Below, in pieces: positions 62,097 to 63,104 of a stretch of 63,104 bases of DNA. The translations under genes and the position numbers were made by a program. Numbering within the stretch: position 1 is the first letter of the stretch; every line of letters starts with the position of its first letter. The notes under the pieces are model-generated. The model saw only the letters and a program-made list of their open reading frames with translations, did no database searches and was not told where the DNA came from. This stretch comes from Chiloscyllium plagiosum (lineage: Eukaryota), in the NCBI RefSeq assembly GCF_004010195.1, contig NC_057752.1, forward strand, positions 11,469,669 to 11,532,772, given 5' to 3'.

Positions 62097-63104
62097 ATGG
62101 CCTCAGCAGCCGCTCGCAGCCCTGGCCAGGGCATTCGCAACACAGTCAGGGTGACTGTGAAGAAGGTGGAGGAGCGCACGCCGGTCGATCGGACGGTGTT
62201 CGTGGAGAAGACTTTGCTGGAGTGCTGCGGGCTCGAAGCAGCGGACATGTACTGCCTGCAGGATTTCCCTGCGGCAGGCTATTTCGATGTGACCTTCAGG
62301 AGCGTGAAGAATTGCGAGCAGCTCCTGAAGGTCTTCAAGGAGAAGGAAGGGGAACCTCTGTTCTCCATCTTGTCGGCGGTCCCGTGGTGTGTGCTTCCTG
62401 CGCAGAGGAGTCGGGTTGTAACAATCCAGATGTACAACCCCTACGTCCCAGCAGCAGATGGCCTGACCTTCCTGAGAAGATACGTCCAGGTCGAGGGAGA
62501 GAGTACCGATGTGGTCGATCCTTTCGGGATCTGGACCAGCAAACGACAGGTCAGGGTAACCCTGAGGGTCGATGCCAGTGGGAACATCTTCCACCACCCT
62601 CCAGCTTTGCCATCGGAGGAAGCAGAGGTTACCTGACATACGCAGGGCAGCCGAAAGTGTGCCGAACCTGCGGGAGGTCAGGCCACATGGCGGCGGATTG
62701 CAAGGTGACCGTCTGCCGAAACTGCAAGCAGGAAGGCCACTCAACCAAGGAATGTAAGGAGGCCAAGAACTGTAATCTGTGCGGAGAGGCGGGCCACATG
62801 TACAAGGCCTGCCCAAGACGAGGGGCCGCCACCTATGCACAGATGGCCGGAGGTGGCAACACGAGCCATGGACCAAGTAAGACCAGCAAGGTACCACAAA
62901 CCAGCACGGGAACGGTGTCTGGAGGTGCCCAGAGGGAAGGGCAGGCTGTAGCGGAGCAGACGGCAGACAGCGGGGAGTTGCAGCAGTCGATCTAAGCTCC
63001 TTCAGGACAGACGGAGGAAATGGAAGAGAAGGGACCAAAGGAAGCAGAGGATTGGATTACTGTGAAAAGCAGGAAGAGGAAACCTCCCAAAGCCACCCAG
63101 CGAG
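62097..63104 (+). mobile_element. Tx1-like LINE ORF1 (three CCHC knuckles, ZCCHC3-like), frameshifted near 62595; runs off the window end
   Basis: ORFs 62097-62636 and 62222-62995 join into DPFGIWTSKRQVRV...PSSFAIGGSRGYLTYAGQPKVCRTCGRSGHMAADC...CRNCKQEGHSTKEC...CNLCGEAGHMYKAC. Confidence 0.85.

Noticed and set aside
62097..63038. Host ZCCHC3 gene, and the 311-aa antisense ORF 62103-63038
   Set aside because: The sense ORF is frameshifted and fused to a LINE 3' end; the antisense ORF is a GC-rich shadow with no recognisable motif.

Overview
Repeat-dense vertebrate genomic DNA, almost certainly from a shark or other cartilaginous fish, inferred from abundant HE1/V-SINE-type SINEs with their CR1 (HER1-type) LINE partners. 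The only host genes I can support are two intact-looking, paralogous, minus-strand, two-exon class A GPCRs of the GPR139/GPR142-like type. Gene A joins 20262..20124 to 5876..4930 (361 aa); gene B joins 45593..45410 to 41578..40671 (363 aa). They share a phase-1 GT-AG intron in TM1, about 71% exon-2 amino-acid identity (manual count), divergence concentrated on the extracellular face, non-canonical TM6/TM7 motifs and a conserved ~130-bp upstream non-coding block. The rest is mostly decayed retroelements: a complete Gmr1-type LTR element (integrase before RT, SCAN-like Gag, tRNA-Pro PBS), two further Gypsy remnants, a full-length L1 with TSD and 5' YY1 motif, Tx1-like pieces (one apparently 5'-inverted, with a ZCCHC3-like ORF1), many CR1s, and Penelope-like fragments, some with minimal hammerhead ribozyme cores. 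Gene A's intron also holds a satellite-rich composite block next to an 865-nt assembly gap. Family names come from motif recognition, not database searches.
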